From Candidatus Poribacteria bacterium (lineage in GTDB: Bacteria; Poribacteria; WGA-4E; WGA-3G), in NCBI GenBank assembly GCA_028824125.1, contig JAPPES010000080.1, forward strand, positions 580 through 64,579: a DNA stretch of 64,000 bases. Direction: 5' to 3'. Both the position numbers and the translations under genes were made by a program. This document shows, one piece after another, positions 18,533-28,111 of the stretch. Position 1 is the first letter of the stretch. Each line of letters opens with the position of its first letter. A model generated the notes under the pieces. The model did no database searches. It had not been told where the DNA came from and saw only the letters and a list, made by a program, of their open reading frames with translations.

Positions 18533-20248
18533 TTACATCGATTCTGGTGCTGAAATACCTAACAACCTCAACCCATTTGCCAACACTGTTCGCACACCTT
18601 GAATAAGGATGAGTCTTGCATAAGTCCGCTTCATATTTGAGGCATCAAGTACCCGATGCTGATTGTAATATGGATGGAACATACCTGCTAATTCATGAAG
18701 ATAATGTGGAACACGGTGTGCTTCGCGTTCCTCCGCACTGGACAGGACAATTGCTGGAAAATCCGCCAATTTCCGAATCAGTTCGTGCTCAGATGGTTCT
18801 GTAAGCATCTCCAGAGAAACTTCATCAATCGGTTTTACCTTAATCCGTTGCTCTTCTCCTTGCTGGAAAATGCTACAGCACCTCGCGTGTGCATATTGTA
18901 TGTAAAAAACAGGGTTTTCATTTGCTTGCGTAACTGCTAATTCAAGGTTGAAATCCAGGTGTGTATTGTTTGCACGCATCAAGAAAAAGTATCGTGCTAC
19001 ATCCACAGCAAACCTTTCCCCTACAGCATCCGCAAGTTCGTCAATGAGTGAATCGAGTGTCAAAAATTGTCCCTGCCGTTTTGACATATCCCGTCGAGTC
19101 CCATCTGAATCAACAAGATTTACCTGTTGAATAATATCAATTTCCAACCAGTCATCTGCCAAACCGAGTGCTTTTACAAAGTTTTTTAATCTCGTCACAT
19201 GTCCTTGATGGTCAGGTCCAAGCAGGTCAATTACTTTATCAAATCCGCGATCAAATTTATCATAATGATAAGCTGCATCAGGAACAAAATAGGTATATTC
19301 ACCATTGCTACGGATTACGACACAATCCTTATCGTCTCCAAAATCTGTCATTCGAAACCATGTTGCCCCCTCTGCTTCGTAGAGATAACCCTTTTCACGA
19401 AACATGTCTACAATTTGATCAGGCTTTCCACTCTCTCGGATTGCTTTTTCGCTTGTCCATACATCAAAGTTAACACCAAAACGTTCCAAAGAAGTTTCTT
19501 GTTGTCCAAGTAAGTGTGCCACTCCTTTATCTCGAAAAAGGGCAACGCGTTCTTCTTGGCTAAGTTTTAGATATGCATCCGCCTCTTCGGCAACGATCAT
19601 CTCTGCGAACTCTTGCAAATATTCCCCTTGATAACCACCCTCTGGAATTTCTAAGTTTTCTTCTCCCAATGCTTGCCGATAGCGGACATCAATTGATTCT
19701 CCGAGTCGCTCAACCTGTCCACCCGCATCGTTGACGTAAAACTCTCGGATAGCCTCATAACCGACAGCGTTTAATAGGTTGACAAGTGTATCACCAACCG
19801 CTGCAGCGCGCCCACTCACAATGTTAAGTGGGCCTGTCGGATTTGCACTGACAAACTCAATTTGAATCTGCTTACCAACGCCTACTTTACTGCGTCCGTA
19901 AGCGTCCGTTGCCTCCACAATTGTCCTAAGTGTATCATATAACCACTCATTAGAGAGATAGACATTAATAAAACCCGGTCCAGCGATTTCAAGATCACGG
20001 ATACGCGGGTGTTTATTCTGAATAACATGTTTAACAATTATTTCGGCTATTGTCCGTGGTGCCATCTTTGCACTTTTTGCCAATCCCAACGCAATCGGGG
20101 TAGCAATATCACCATGTTCAGGTGTTTTGGTTGGAGAAAAAGGGATTTCAGGAACGTCCGGTATCGGAAGTTCCCCTACCTCAATTGCAGCACTGATTGC
20201 ACCTTTTAATATATCGCATATTTCTGATTTGATTTCATCCATATCCAC
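18533..20248 (-). CDS. argS: Arginine--tRNA ligase
   Basis: 571 aa. ...FVSANPTGPLNIVSGRAAAVGD... (class I HIGH-region equivalent) and the C-terminal ...FYIQYAHARCCSIF... are diagnostic of ArgRS. RBS GGAAG 10 nt upstream. Confidence 0.9.
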   Translation of the reverse strand: MDMDEIKSEICDILKGAISAAIEVGELPIPDVPEIPFSPTKTPEHGDIATPIALGLAKSAKMAPRTIAEIIVKHVIQNKHPRIRDLEIAGPGFINVYLSNEWLYDTLRTIVEATDAYGRSKVGVGKQIQIEFVSANPTGPLNIVSGRAAAVGDTLVNLLNAVGYEAIREFYVNDAGGQVERLGESIDVRYRQALGEENLEIPEGGYQGEYLQEFAEMIVAEEADAYLKLSQEERVALFRDKGVAHLLGQQETSLERFGVNFDVWTSEKAIRESGKPDQIVDMFREKGYLYEAEGATWFRMTDFGDDKDCVVIRSNGEYTYFVPDAAYHYDKFDRGFDKVIDLLGPDHQGHVTRLKNFVKALGLADDWLEIDIIQQVNLVDSDGTRRDMSKRQGQFLTLDSLIDELADAVGERFAVDVARYFFLMRANNTHLDFNLELAVTQANENPVFYIQYAHARCCSIFQQGEEQRIKVKPIDEVSLEMLTEPSEHELIRKLADFPAIVLSSAEEREAHRVPHYLHELAGMFHPYYNQHRVLDASNMKRTYARLILIQGVRTVLANGLRLLGISAPESM

Positions 20249-20271
20249 GAAACTTCCATTTATGTATTATT

Positions 20272-20427
20272 TTAACCTAAGTTGCCACCTATTTGCGAAT
20301 GCTCTTGTCCGAGGGGTTTCTAACCCCGATTAATAACAGAAAACATAAGTATCAGCGGAAATGCCTTGTTTTTTTCGTAAAAAGCAGTGTCCGCTATCTC
20401 GAAATCTTGTCCGTAGCAACTTGAGTT
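20272..20427. mobile_element. MITE family 4 copy, 24 nt upstream of the argS start codon
   Basis: taacctaagttgccacctatttgcgaatgctcttgtccgaggggtttctaacccc...ccgtagcaacttgagtt. Same orientation as the other two copies. Confidence 0.75.
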
Positions 20428-20594
20428 ATTTTATTTTGTCCGCATTTTTTAGTAACCGAATTATATCACAATAGGCATCTCAAGTCAATTTTGTTAACGC
20501 TAAACTAAATAACCCTGAAAAAATCTTGATATTCAAAACAGATTCTGCTAAAATACAGAAAAAAGGCAATACACTGCTAAAGTACACGCTATTT

Positions 20595-20687
20595 ACACAT
20601 TCTGTAGTGAAGCAGTAAGGTCGCGATTCGGAGATCGCTCCTACAGAGGAAAGACCACATTCACACATTCTGTAGTGAAGCAGTAAG
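20595..20687 (+). repeat. Two 25-27-nt direct repeats (ACACATTCTGTAGTGAAGCAGTAAG) separated by a 43-nt hairpin-containing spacer
   Basis: The repeat occurs at 20595-20619 and 20663-20687. The spacer contains gcgat-tcggag-atcgc and ctgtag...ctacag. It lies 55 nt upstream of the CDP-alcohol phosphatidyltransferase gene. Confidence 0.5.
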
Positions 20688-20741
20688 AAACATAAACCGT
20701 AATATCACCATGTGTGAAAACTACTTGGAGAATAAACGAGC

Positions 20742-21344
20742 ATGACAGCAAACGCAATAACCCTTTTCCGCCTCTTTCTAACTTTTATTGTCATTGCCAT
20801 CTTTAAACAGCACACATACATAGATATTGCGTGCATTGTAACCATCCTTATCATTTTTATCCTTGATTCTGTAGACGGTATTGTTGCCCGTAAACATAAC
20901 CAAACCTCTACATTCGGCGCTGTTTTTGATATTGCTGCTGACAGGATCGTCGAAAATGTATTCTGGATTTACTTTGCGTTTATTACTGACTTCATTCCGT
21001 TGTGGATGCCTATTGTAGTGGTGACGCGTGGAATTCTGACTGACGGAATCCGTGGTATTGCACTGACAGATGGAAAAACGCCTTTTGAAATGATGACTAT
21101 CCCTTGGACACGTGCGTTAACAAGTTCACGTACATCGCGCGCATTATCTGGTGTATCTAAGATACTTTCCTTCACCTTTCTCCCCGCCGTGCCTGTTTTT
21201 GAAAAGATGCAACTTAATGCCGACTTCTTGAAAATCTTCTCAACGACTACCCTCATAATTGCCACAATTGCTGTTGCAATCAATTTCATCCGCGGGGTTC
21301 CTGTGCTTGTTGATGGGTGGAAATATATTAAAAATAGCTCCTAA
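20742..21344 (+). CDS. CDP-alcohol phosphatidyltransferase family protein
   Basis: 200 aa, multi-TM. DSVDGIVARKHNQTSTFGAVFDIAADRIVE fits the D-x2-D-G-x2-A-R...G-x3-D-x3-D family motif. Confidence 0.8.
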   Translation: MTANAITLFRLFLTFIVIAIFKQHTYIDIACIVTILIIFILDSVDGIVARKHNQTSTFGAVFDIAADRIVENVFWIYFAFITDFIPLWMPIVVVTRGILTDGIRGIALTDGKTPFEMMTIPWTRALTSSRTSRALSGVSKILSFTFLPAVPVFEKMQLNADFLKIFSTTTLIIATIAVAINFIRGVPVLVDGWKYIKNSS

Positions 21345-21424
21345 TAAATTCAAGTCCAGTAGACTTTGGAATTGCCATTCTTTACAAAAATGTGCTATAA
21401 TCAAATTCAATAAGGAAGGAAACC

Positions 21425-22078
21425 ATGCTAACACGCAACGGATTTTCCGAATTAGCAGCACAGATGTTCAAAAACGCAGCCGATCAGGAAAGTCTTAAAG
21501 AACTTCTCACATCAAAATATTCTGAAAACGATCTGGTGGACTATCTCCAAAGCGATGATCCATTGGCCGGGCGTGCCGCAGCCACCGCACTCGGATTGAT
21601 AGGTAGCCTAAACGTAGTTCCTGCATTAGTGGAAAACCTTAAGAATGATGACCTGCGCGCATGTCTTAACACTGAAATCGCGTTGTGGAACGTATGGTCA
21701 CGCTCAGGAAACGAATCTGTGGACAAAATGCTCAAAGCAGGAAAAAAAGCCCTAAAGAATGAGAACTTTTCAGAGGCAGTTGAACAATTTACCGAAGTAA
21801 TTCAAGCAGCACCTAATTTCGCTGAGGGCTATAACCAACGTGCGATTGCATATTTTATGTTGGAAGAGTGGAAAAATTCCCTGGCAGACTGTAAACAGAC
21901 AATAAAACTCAATCCGAATCATTTTGGAGCATTTGCAGGCATGGGACACGTTTATCTCAGATTAGGTGACATAGGTAAAGCGATCACAGCTTATAAACAG
22001 GCATTGGTTATCAATCCGAATCTTGTTTCCATTGCCGATGCGCTTATGCAGATTCGCCGCGCGTTTCAAGAAGAATAA
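21425..22078 (+). CDS. TPR/HEAT repeat protein
   Basis: 217 aa. YNQRAIAYFMLEEWKNSLADCKQTIKLNPNHFGAFAGMGHVYLRLGDIGKAITAYKQALVINPN is a canonical TPR. The N-terminal half is HEAT-like (GRAAATALGLIGSLNVVPALVENLKNDD). Confidence 0.7.
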   Translation: MLTRNGFSELAAQMFKNAADQESLKELLTSKYSENDLVDYLQSDDPLAGRAAATALGLIGSLNVVPALVENLKNDDLRACLNTEIALWNVWSRSGNESVDKMLKAGKKALKNENFSEAVEQFTEVIQAAPNFAEGYNQRAIAYFMLEEWKNSLADCKQTIKLNPNHFGAFAGMGHVYLRLGDIGKAITAYKQALVINPNLVSIADALMQIRRAFQEE

Positions 22079-22099
22079 GCGCAGCTATAGGTAGCAACC

Positions 22100-22918
22100 A
22101 TGAACGCTGTTATCAAGGCTAAGCTGCACAATATAAATGCATTCTTCGTTTGTATTGGGACTGCGAGTTTTCTCCAGTGGTTAACATTTCAATTGTTAAC
22201 GCACGCAAAACTCGGTTCATCTGCGGAATGTTTTGCGCTTGCACAAACATTCGTTGTGCTTTTGGTAGCTCCTTATTTGGCTGCTCTAAGTGTGCAGTCT
22301 CAGAGCAGCGGTGATTCTTCAGCACATTTACTATCGCTAAGCCCTATCTCTTTTGGCAAGTCCCTCTTGATACGGCTTGCCATCAGTCAGCTCCCTCTCT
22401 TATGTTGGATATTTTTATCAACGTGTTTCGCGCTTTTTGCTACTGACATGCCCATCGAAAAAGCAGTGAAAATGTTGGGTGTGTTAGGGCTTTATAGTTT
22501 TTCATCAGGAGCAGTTGCTATGTTGGGCGCATATCTATTGCGTGACAACATTTTTGGAACAGCGGCTACCTATTTTTTATTCTGTATTTTGATTAGCAGT
22601 CCCTTCTTAATGATGCCGTTGAAGCGATATATTGACGACCTACAACCGATTATTCAACCAGTGCTTCATCTGAATCCTATTATTGCAGTGTTTAACATCT
22701 TTGATGGCATGGACGTTTTTAGAAACCCTTTGTTCTATGAACGAACACCGATTACGGATTATGATTTCTCGTATCCATCTTGGTATGTCATCGGTTTCTG
22801 CCAACTTTTGATAACCGGATGCTGTTTTTTCTGTGCATGGTTGATATGTATAATCCGCAAAGTTTGTATCTATATATTTAAGTTCGCAACGATTACTGCA
22901 AAGAGGCTTTATGGTTAA
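22100..22918 (+). CDS. Integral membrane protein (ABC-2-type permease-like), hypothetical
   Basis: 272 aa with about 6 predicted TM segments. It overlaps the downstream phosphohexomutase start by 8 nt, so they are probably an operon. Confidence 0.55.
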   Translation: MNAVIKAKLHNINAFFVCIGTASFLQWLTFQLLTHAKLGSSAECFALAQTFVVLLVAPYLAALSVQSQSSGDSSAHLLSLSPISFGKSLLIRLAISQLPLLCWIFLSTCFALFATDMPIEKAVKMLGVLGLYSFSSGAVAMLGAYLLRDNIFGTAATYFLFCILISSPFLMMPLKRYIDDLQPIIQPVLHLNPIIAVFNIFDGMDVFRNPLFYERTPITDYDFSYPSWYVIGFCQLLITGCCFFCAWLICIIRKVCIYIFKFATITAKRLYG

Positions 22919-24317
22919 AACAAACGACCCAATCATAAGCGTTTCAGGCGTGCGCGGGCAGGTTGGTATTTCGCTTGATGCGCGTACCATTACACGTTTC
23001 GCGCTTGCATTTGGCACCTTTGCTGGCGGAAAAACTGTGGTAGTCGGGCGAGATTCGCGCACCTCAAGCCCGATGATTCGACATGCAGTACTTGCTGGAC
23101 TTTTTGCAACAGGGTGTCACGTTATTGACGTAGGTTTATGCCCCACACCGACTGTCCTTTTGACAGCAAAAACGCTTGATGCGCAAGGCAGCATTACCAT
23201 CACAGCAAGTCATAATCCTGTAGAATGGAATGGCATCGAATTTGCTTCAGAGTCTGGAAAACTGCTAACACAGACCGAACGCGATGAATTGATGCGAATC
23301 TACGAAACAGAGGATTTTGCGCTTGCACCCTGGAATAAGCAAGGCACACTTGAAGAATTCAAGGATGCTACCAAACACCACCTTAAGCAAATTTTCAGTT
23401 CTCAGTGGATTGACATGGATTTAATCCGAAATGCTAAATTAAAGGTAGCACTTGATTGCGGTAACGGTGCTGGATGTGTAATTAGCCCAGTTCTATTACG
23501 AGCACTCGGTTGTCAGGTAGTGGAAATTAATTGCGAGCCAGATGGCGATTTCCGCCGTTCTGCAGAACCTACACCTGACGCCTTAGATGAACTGTGTGAA
23601 AAGGTGCGTGAAACACGTGCAGATATAGGGTTCGCCCACGATGGCGATGCAGATAGAGTGGTAATTGTTACGGATGGCGGCATAGCATTAAGCGGAGAAT
23701 GGACTCTCGCTTTCGTTGCAGATTTTATTTTAAGTAAAACAAAAGGAGACACAGTCGTCACAGTATCAACAAGCCGAATGATGGACGATATTGCTGCGAA
23801 ACACGGTGTAACACTACATAGAACGAAAGTTGGGGTAGGATGGGTGGTTGAGAAAATGCATGGGGTCAACGCTGTTATCGGAGGTGAAGGCACAGGTGGG
23901 GTTATTTATCCATCCATTAACTATACCACAGACGGTATCGCCTCTATCGCAGCAATTGTTCAACATCTTGCCGAATCGAATAACAAAGTGACAACACATG
24001 TTGAAGCCATGCCACACTACGAGATGTGTCGAAAAAAATTGGAGATTCCATCTCAAGAGGTTGCAACACAACTTCTTGAGCTTGCAATGAATATGTATAA
24101 GAAAGAGAGTACATCAACTATCCAATCTGTACCGCATCTTGAGTTAACCGATGGCATCAAGCGTGTTTGGGAGGATCGATGGGTAAATGTCCGAAAATCA
24201 GGAACGGAACCCGTAATTCGGATTTTTAGTGAGGCACCGACAGCATCAGAAGCAGAAACACTTTGTGATGATACGCTTGAAAATCTAAATTGGTTAATGA
24301 AACAGATAAACCTTTAA
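22911..24317 (+). CDS. Phosphoglucosamine/phosphomannomutase (alpha-D-phosphohexomutase family)
   Basis: 468 aa. ...ITITASHNPVEWNGIEF... has the active-site TASHNP phosphoserine loop. ...GFAHDGDADRVVIV... is the metal-binding loop. The N-terminal ...ISVSGVRGQVGISL... fits too. Confidence 0.85.
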   Translation: MVKTNDPIISVSGVRGQVGISLDARTITRFALAFGTFAGGKTVVVGRDSRTSSPMIRHAVLAGLFATGCHVIDVGLCPTPTVLLTAKTLDAQGSITITASHNPVEWNGIEFASESGKLLTQTERDELMRIYETEDFALAPWNKQGTLEEFKDATKHHLKQIFSSQWIDMDLIRNAKLKVALDCGNGAGCVISPVLLRALGCQVVEINCEPDGDFRRSAEPTPDALDELCEKVRETRADIGFAHDGDADRVVIVTDGGIALSGEWTLAFVADFILSKTKGDTVVTVSTSRMMDDIAAKHGVTLHRTKVGVGWVVEKMHGVNAVIGGEGTGGVIYPSINYTTDGIASIAAIVQHLAESNNKVTTHVEAMPHYEMCRKKLEIPSQEVATQLLELAMNMYKKESTSTIQSVPHLELTDGIKRVWEDRWVNVRKSGTEPVIRIFSEAPTASEAETLCDDTLENLNWLMKQINL

Positions 24318-24397
24318 CTACGTTATTTGTCACAAATATATTCTTTAGAGTTTCACCTATAGAATAACAACTACCATCTTGGTGGTTTGGAGAAATT

Positions 24398-25639
24398 ATG
24401 TCTTTGAAAATTGCCTGTATCGGCGGTGGAAGTGGATTATCTGCACTACTCAGTGGGATTAAGTACTATGCTGATCTGGAAACAGACAAGAAAAAAATTA
24501 TTGATCTGGACAGTTTGGCAGCAATCGTTACTGTTTCTGATGACGGAGGCAGTTCCGGACGTCTCGTTGAAGAATTTGATGTACTTCCGCCAGGTGATAT
24601 TCGCAGGCTACTGTATACGCTATCCGACGCAGATGAACTTGCGGGGCTTTTTGAATACCGATTTTCAAGCAATGGCGATCTCGGTGGACATACAATTGGA
24701 AATCTATTATTAACAGCTCTGACGGAAATCCAAGGTAACTTTCCAAGAGCGATCCAAGCCGCATCGCGCCTTCTCTCAGTCCGTGGGCAAATTATTCCTG
24801 TTACCTTAGATTACACCGTTCTCTGCGCCGAACTCGCAGATGGTGAAATCGTCCGGGGCGAATCAACTATCCCGGTACGCGAAAACCGAGAACCGATTAA
24901 ACGCGTCTTTTTTGAACCCCGTGAGAACGGTAAAATCCATCATTCTCCTGACGAAGCTTATGAATGTCAGGCACACGATACCGCAATAGATGCACTCGTT
25001 AACGCCGATGCAATAATCATCGGACCAGGGAGTCTTTATACCAGCATCATGCCAAATCTTGTGATAAAAGGCATCGTAGAGACAATTCAACGTTCCAACG
25101 CTGTAAAAATCTATGTCTGCAATGTTATGACACAACCCGGTGAAACCGACGGATATGCTGTCACTGACCATGTCAATGCCATTCTTGACCACGCAAAATT
25201 CCCCATCGATTACGTCTTAGCTAATAATCAACCCGCGCCGCAAGAAATCATGCAAGGATATGTCCGCAATGAATTGGTTTCACAACTTACTCGAATTCGT
25301 TCTTTGTCTGAAGAAGGGCTTTCAAAACTTGCTGAAAATACCGAACACCTGATGGAGGTGCTTGACCTTGCAAAGGATATTTCTACGCTCTCTGCTGAAA
25401 CCATGCAAGTCGCTGACGCTTCAAAAGTACAGGTCTCCTATAACCGAGAACAGGAGAGACTTGAAGATGAAGGCATTACTGTTGTTGAAGCAGACCTTAT
25501 TAGAGATATGGTCGTTACCGAAATTGGAACGTGGTTGGGGGGAGCGCAGATGAACGTCATTCGCCATGATCCTGAAAAATTAGTCATGAACCTCGTAAAT
25601 ATATTCAAAAATCATCCGAAACTGAGCGAAGCAATTTAA
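24398..25639 (+). CDS. YvcK/CofD-like gluconeogenesis-factor family protein (UPF0052) with a C-terminal ~80-aa extension
   Basis: ACIGGGSGLSALLSGIKYY..., ...IIIGPGSLYTSIMPNLVIKGIVETIQRSNAVKIYVCNVMTQPGETDGY... are collinear with the YvcK family. At 413 aa it is about 80 aa longer than typical YvcK. Confidence 0.8.
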   Translation: MSLKIACIGGGSGLSALLSGIKYYADLETDKKKIIDLDSLAAIVTVSDDGGSSGRLVEEFDVLPPGDIRRLLYTLSDADELAGLFEYRFSSNGDLGGHTIGNLLLTALTEIQGNFPRAIQAASRLLSVRGQIIPVTLDYTVLCAELADGEIVRGESTIPVRENREPIKRVFFEPRENGKIHHSPDEAYECQAHDTAIDALVNADAIIIGPGSLYTSIMPNLVIKGIVETIQRSNAVKIYVCNVMTQPGETDGYAVTDHVNAILDHAKFPIDYVLANNQPAPQEIMQGYVRNELVSQLTRIRSLSEEGLSKLAENTEHLMEVLDLAKDISTLSAETMQVADASKVQVSYNREQERLEDEGITVVEADLIRDMVVTEIGTWLGGAQMNVIRHDPEKLVMNLVNIFKNHPKLSEAI

Positions 25640-25656
25640 TTTGTAGCACAATCTGT

Positions 25657-25818
25657 ATGAAGTTTAAGTTATTAATTCGGTAATGTGGCAAGGTTAGGAA
25701 ACCTTGCCAGCAGCAGGTTTACATCTCTGCTGGTGAGGCGGGGAATGCCTAAATGGCATTCATACCGTTGATTTCTTCCTAACCTTGCCACATTACCCAA
25801 TTTATTTTTTAATCTTCA
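25657..25818. mobile_element. MITE family 2 copy inserted in a P-like palindrome (flanks tgtagcacaatctgta / tttagattgtgca)
   Basis: TIRs tgaagtttaagttattaattcggtaat / attacccaatttattttttaatcttca. Core hairpin ggcaaggtt-aggaa-accttgcc. Confidence 0.7.
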
Positions 25819-26311
25819 TTTAGATTGTGCATTCCTGAACGCAAACGAACAGTTTGCTCTACAAAAATTACTCATACCGAGCGCACGTTAATTTAAAAAA
25901 ATTTAAGGGTAGGTTTCAAGAAACACTACCATTCTTGGAAAATAGAATTTGTGGTATTGCACTAACGTTTTACTATAAACATTACAATCCTGAATGAGAT
26001 GTGTTGTTAGACTTAATATGAGACGCAAATTTGTCGCAAATAAATGAAAGGTTATCAATAAAATTATCCCAACGAAAGTCTTCTTCTTGTGCTTTTGATG
26101 CTGCAAAATACACCGCTAATTCGTAATAACCCAATTTTCTATCATCTAACGGTTGTGTATCAGCAGTCCTTTGTTTTGAATCTTTATACATCATGTACCC
26201 CCTAATGGTTAAAGGTTATCCCTCCTAAACCTTTAACGTCATCCTTAAAAACGAGGTTTCATTTTTTTAGACAAACTAACACTGATTACCCTTGCATCCA
26301 ACTCAAAATTT

Positions 26312-26340
26312 TTGACTTTAGCACATTTTGAAGGTATAAT
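26312..26340 (+). promoter_or_regulatory. sigma70 consensus-like promoter (TTGACT-N17-TATAAT) for glnS-gltX
   Basis: ttgact at 26312-26317, a 17-nt spacer, tataat at 26335-26340. ATG 26369 is preceded by AGGAGG. Confidence 0.45.
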
Positions 26341-26368
26341 TTATTATCATTATTTGCAGGAGGCCTGC

Positions 26369-28111
26369 ATGAATCATCCAAAATCTGACTCAAAAAATAC
26401 CAAAAACAAAACAAATACACAAGAAAACGACAACAATACCTCCGATACAAACTTTATCCGACAAGCAATTGAAGAAGATATAGCAGCAAATAGATTTGAC
26501 GGTAGGGTGCATACTCGCTTTCCCCCAGAACCGAGTGGATACCTCCATATCGGTCATGCCAAAGCTATCTGCATCAGTTTCGGCATCGCCGAAGACTATG
26601 GTGGGCTTTACAACCTCCGTTTTGACGACAGCAATCCCATTACTGAAGAGCACGAATACGTTGAGGCAATCAAACGCGATGTTCATTGGCTCGGATTTGA
26701 TTGGGAAGAACGCGAATTCTACGCCTCCGACTATTTTGAAACACTCTATGAATATGCTGTCAAACTGATAGAAAAAGAGAAAGCTTATGTCTGCGATCTA
26801 ACGCCAGACGAAATGCGCACCTATCGTGGCACTTTAGTAGCGCCCGGCAAAGATAGTCCCTACCGAAATCGCTCTGTTGAAGAAAATCTAACGTTGTTCA
26901 ACGGGATGCGCAACGGCGAATTTCCAGACGGTTCCCGCACCCTCCGTGCAAAAATTGATATGGCAAGCCCAAACCTAAACATGCGCGATCCAGTGATGTA
27001 TCGTGTTCTCCGCGCCCCACACTACCGACACGGAACGAATTGGTGCATCTATCCCACCTACGATTTCACACACGGCCAATCTGATTCCATCGAGGGCGTT
27101 ACGCACTCCTTGTGCGATGTTCAATTTGAAGATCATCGTCCGCTATACGACTGGTTTTTGGAATCGTTGGAAATTTATCAACCGCGACAAATTGAATTTG
27201 CGCGTCTGAACCTCACATACACTGTACTCGGCAAGCGAAAACTCAAAGTTCTTGTTGAGGAAGGACATGTGAATGGATGGGACGATCCAAGGCTTCCCAC
27301 ACTTGCAGGTATGCGCCGCCGAGGTTATACCTCTGAATCTATCCAAAATTTTTGCAATCGCATCGGTGTGTCAAAAGCCGATAATCTCATCGAAATCGGA
27401 CAACTTGAATACTCTATCCGCGATGATCTGAACAGACATGCACCCCGTGTCATGGCTGTTCTCAATCCAGTGAAGGTGATTATTGACAACTATCCAGAAG
27501 GACAGGTTGAGATGCTGGATGCTGACAATAATCCGGAAGATAAAGATGCAGGGACAAGGGAGATCCCGTTTTCACGAGAAATCTATATTGAACGGGAAGA
27601 TTTTATGGAAGACCCACCAAGAAAATTCTATAGATTAGCACCCGGTCGAGAAGTTCGACTAAAGCATGCCTACTATATTACCTGCGAAAACGTTGTTAAA
27701 GATGCAAACACAGGGGAAATCGTTGAGATTCACTGCACCTATGATCCAAAAACGCGTGGTGGGTGGTCGGATGACGGACGGCGAGTGCAAGGCACACTCC
27801 ACTGGGTCTCTGCCGAACATGCCGTTGACGCTGAAGTACGCCTATACGATTCGCTCTTTACTGAACGCGAACCTGAAAATGCTGCGGATGGCACCGACTG
27901 GATTCAATTCCTCAATCCAGATTCATTAGAGATTCTTGGTAATTGTAAAGTTGAACCGAGTCTGGTTGATGCACCGCCTGAAAGTCGATTTCAGTTTCTA
28001 CGGATAGGATACTTTTGCGTAGATCCAGACACAACGGCAGACAAATTAGTATTCAATCGCACAGTACCGCTACGGGATTCCTGGGCAAAAATTCAGAAAG
28101 GACAGAAATGA
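26369..28111 (+). CDS. glnS: Glutamine--tRNA ligase
   Basis: ...[28 protein letters not shown]...[10 protein letters not shown]... is the GlnRS class-I HIGH region. The size (~580 aa) and the C-terminal anticodon-binding beta-barrels fit. I prefer ATG 26369, which has an AGGAGG RBS 6 nt upstream, over the track start 26312. Confidence 0.9.
   Translation: MNHPKSDSKNTKNKTNTQENDNNTSDTNFIRQAIEEDIAANRFDGRVHTRFPPEPSGYLHIGHAKAICISFGIAEDYGGLYNLRFDDSNPITEEHEYVEAIKRDVHWLGFDWEEREFYASDYFETLYEYAVKLIEKEKAYVCDLTPDEMRTYRGTLVAPGKDSPYRNRSVEENLTLFNGMRNGEFPDGSRTLRAKIDMASPNLNMRDPVMYRVLRAPHYRHGTNWCIYPTYDFTHGQSDSIEGVTHSLCDVQFEDHRPLYDWFLESLEIYQPRQIEFARLNLTYTVLGKRKLKVLVEEGHVNGWDDPRLPTLAGMRRRGYTSESIQNFCNRIGVSKADNLIEIGQLEYSIRDDLNRHAPRVMAVLNPVKVIIDNYPEGQVEMLDADNNPEDKDAGTREIPFSREIYIEREDFMEDPPRKFYRLAPGREVRLKHAYYITCENVVKDANTGEIVEIHCTYDPKTRGGWSDDGRRVQGTLHWVSAEHAVDAEVRLYDSLFTEREPENAADGTDWIQFLNPDSLEILGNCKVEPSLVDAPPESRFQFLRIGYFCVDPDTTADKLVFNRTVPLRDSWAKIQKGQK

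Noticed and set aside
20620-20650. tRNA-like T-arm (gcgat-tcggag-atcgc) in the 20595-20687 repeat
   Set aside because: No acceptor, D or anticodon arms can be built around it. It is an isolated stem-loop.
25903-26194. Small minus-strand ORFs (67 and 70 aa) in the glnS upstream region
   Set aside because: AT-rich intergenic DNA, weak RBS, overlapping each other. A 10-bp stem hairpin (gttaaaggtt..aacctttaac) sits at the putative 5' end. No homology recognised.
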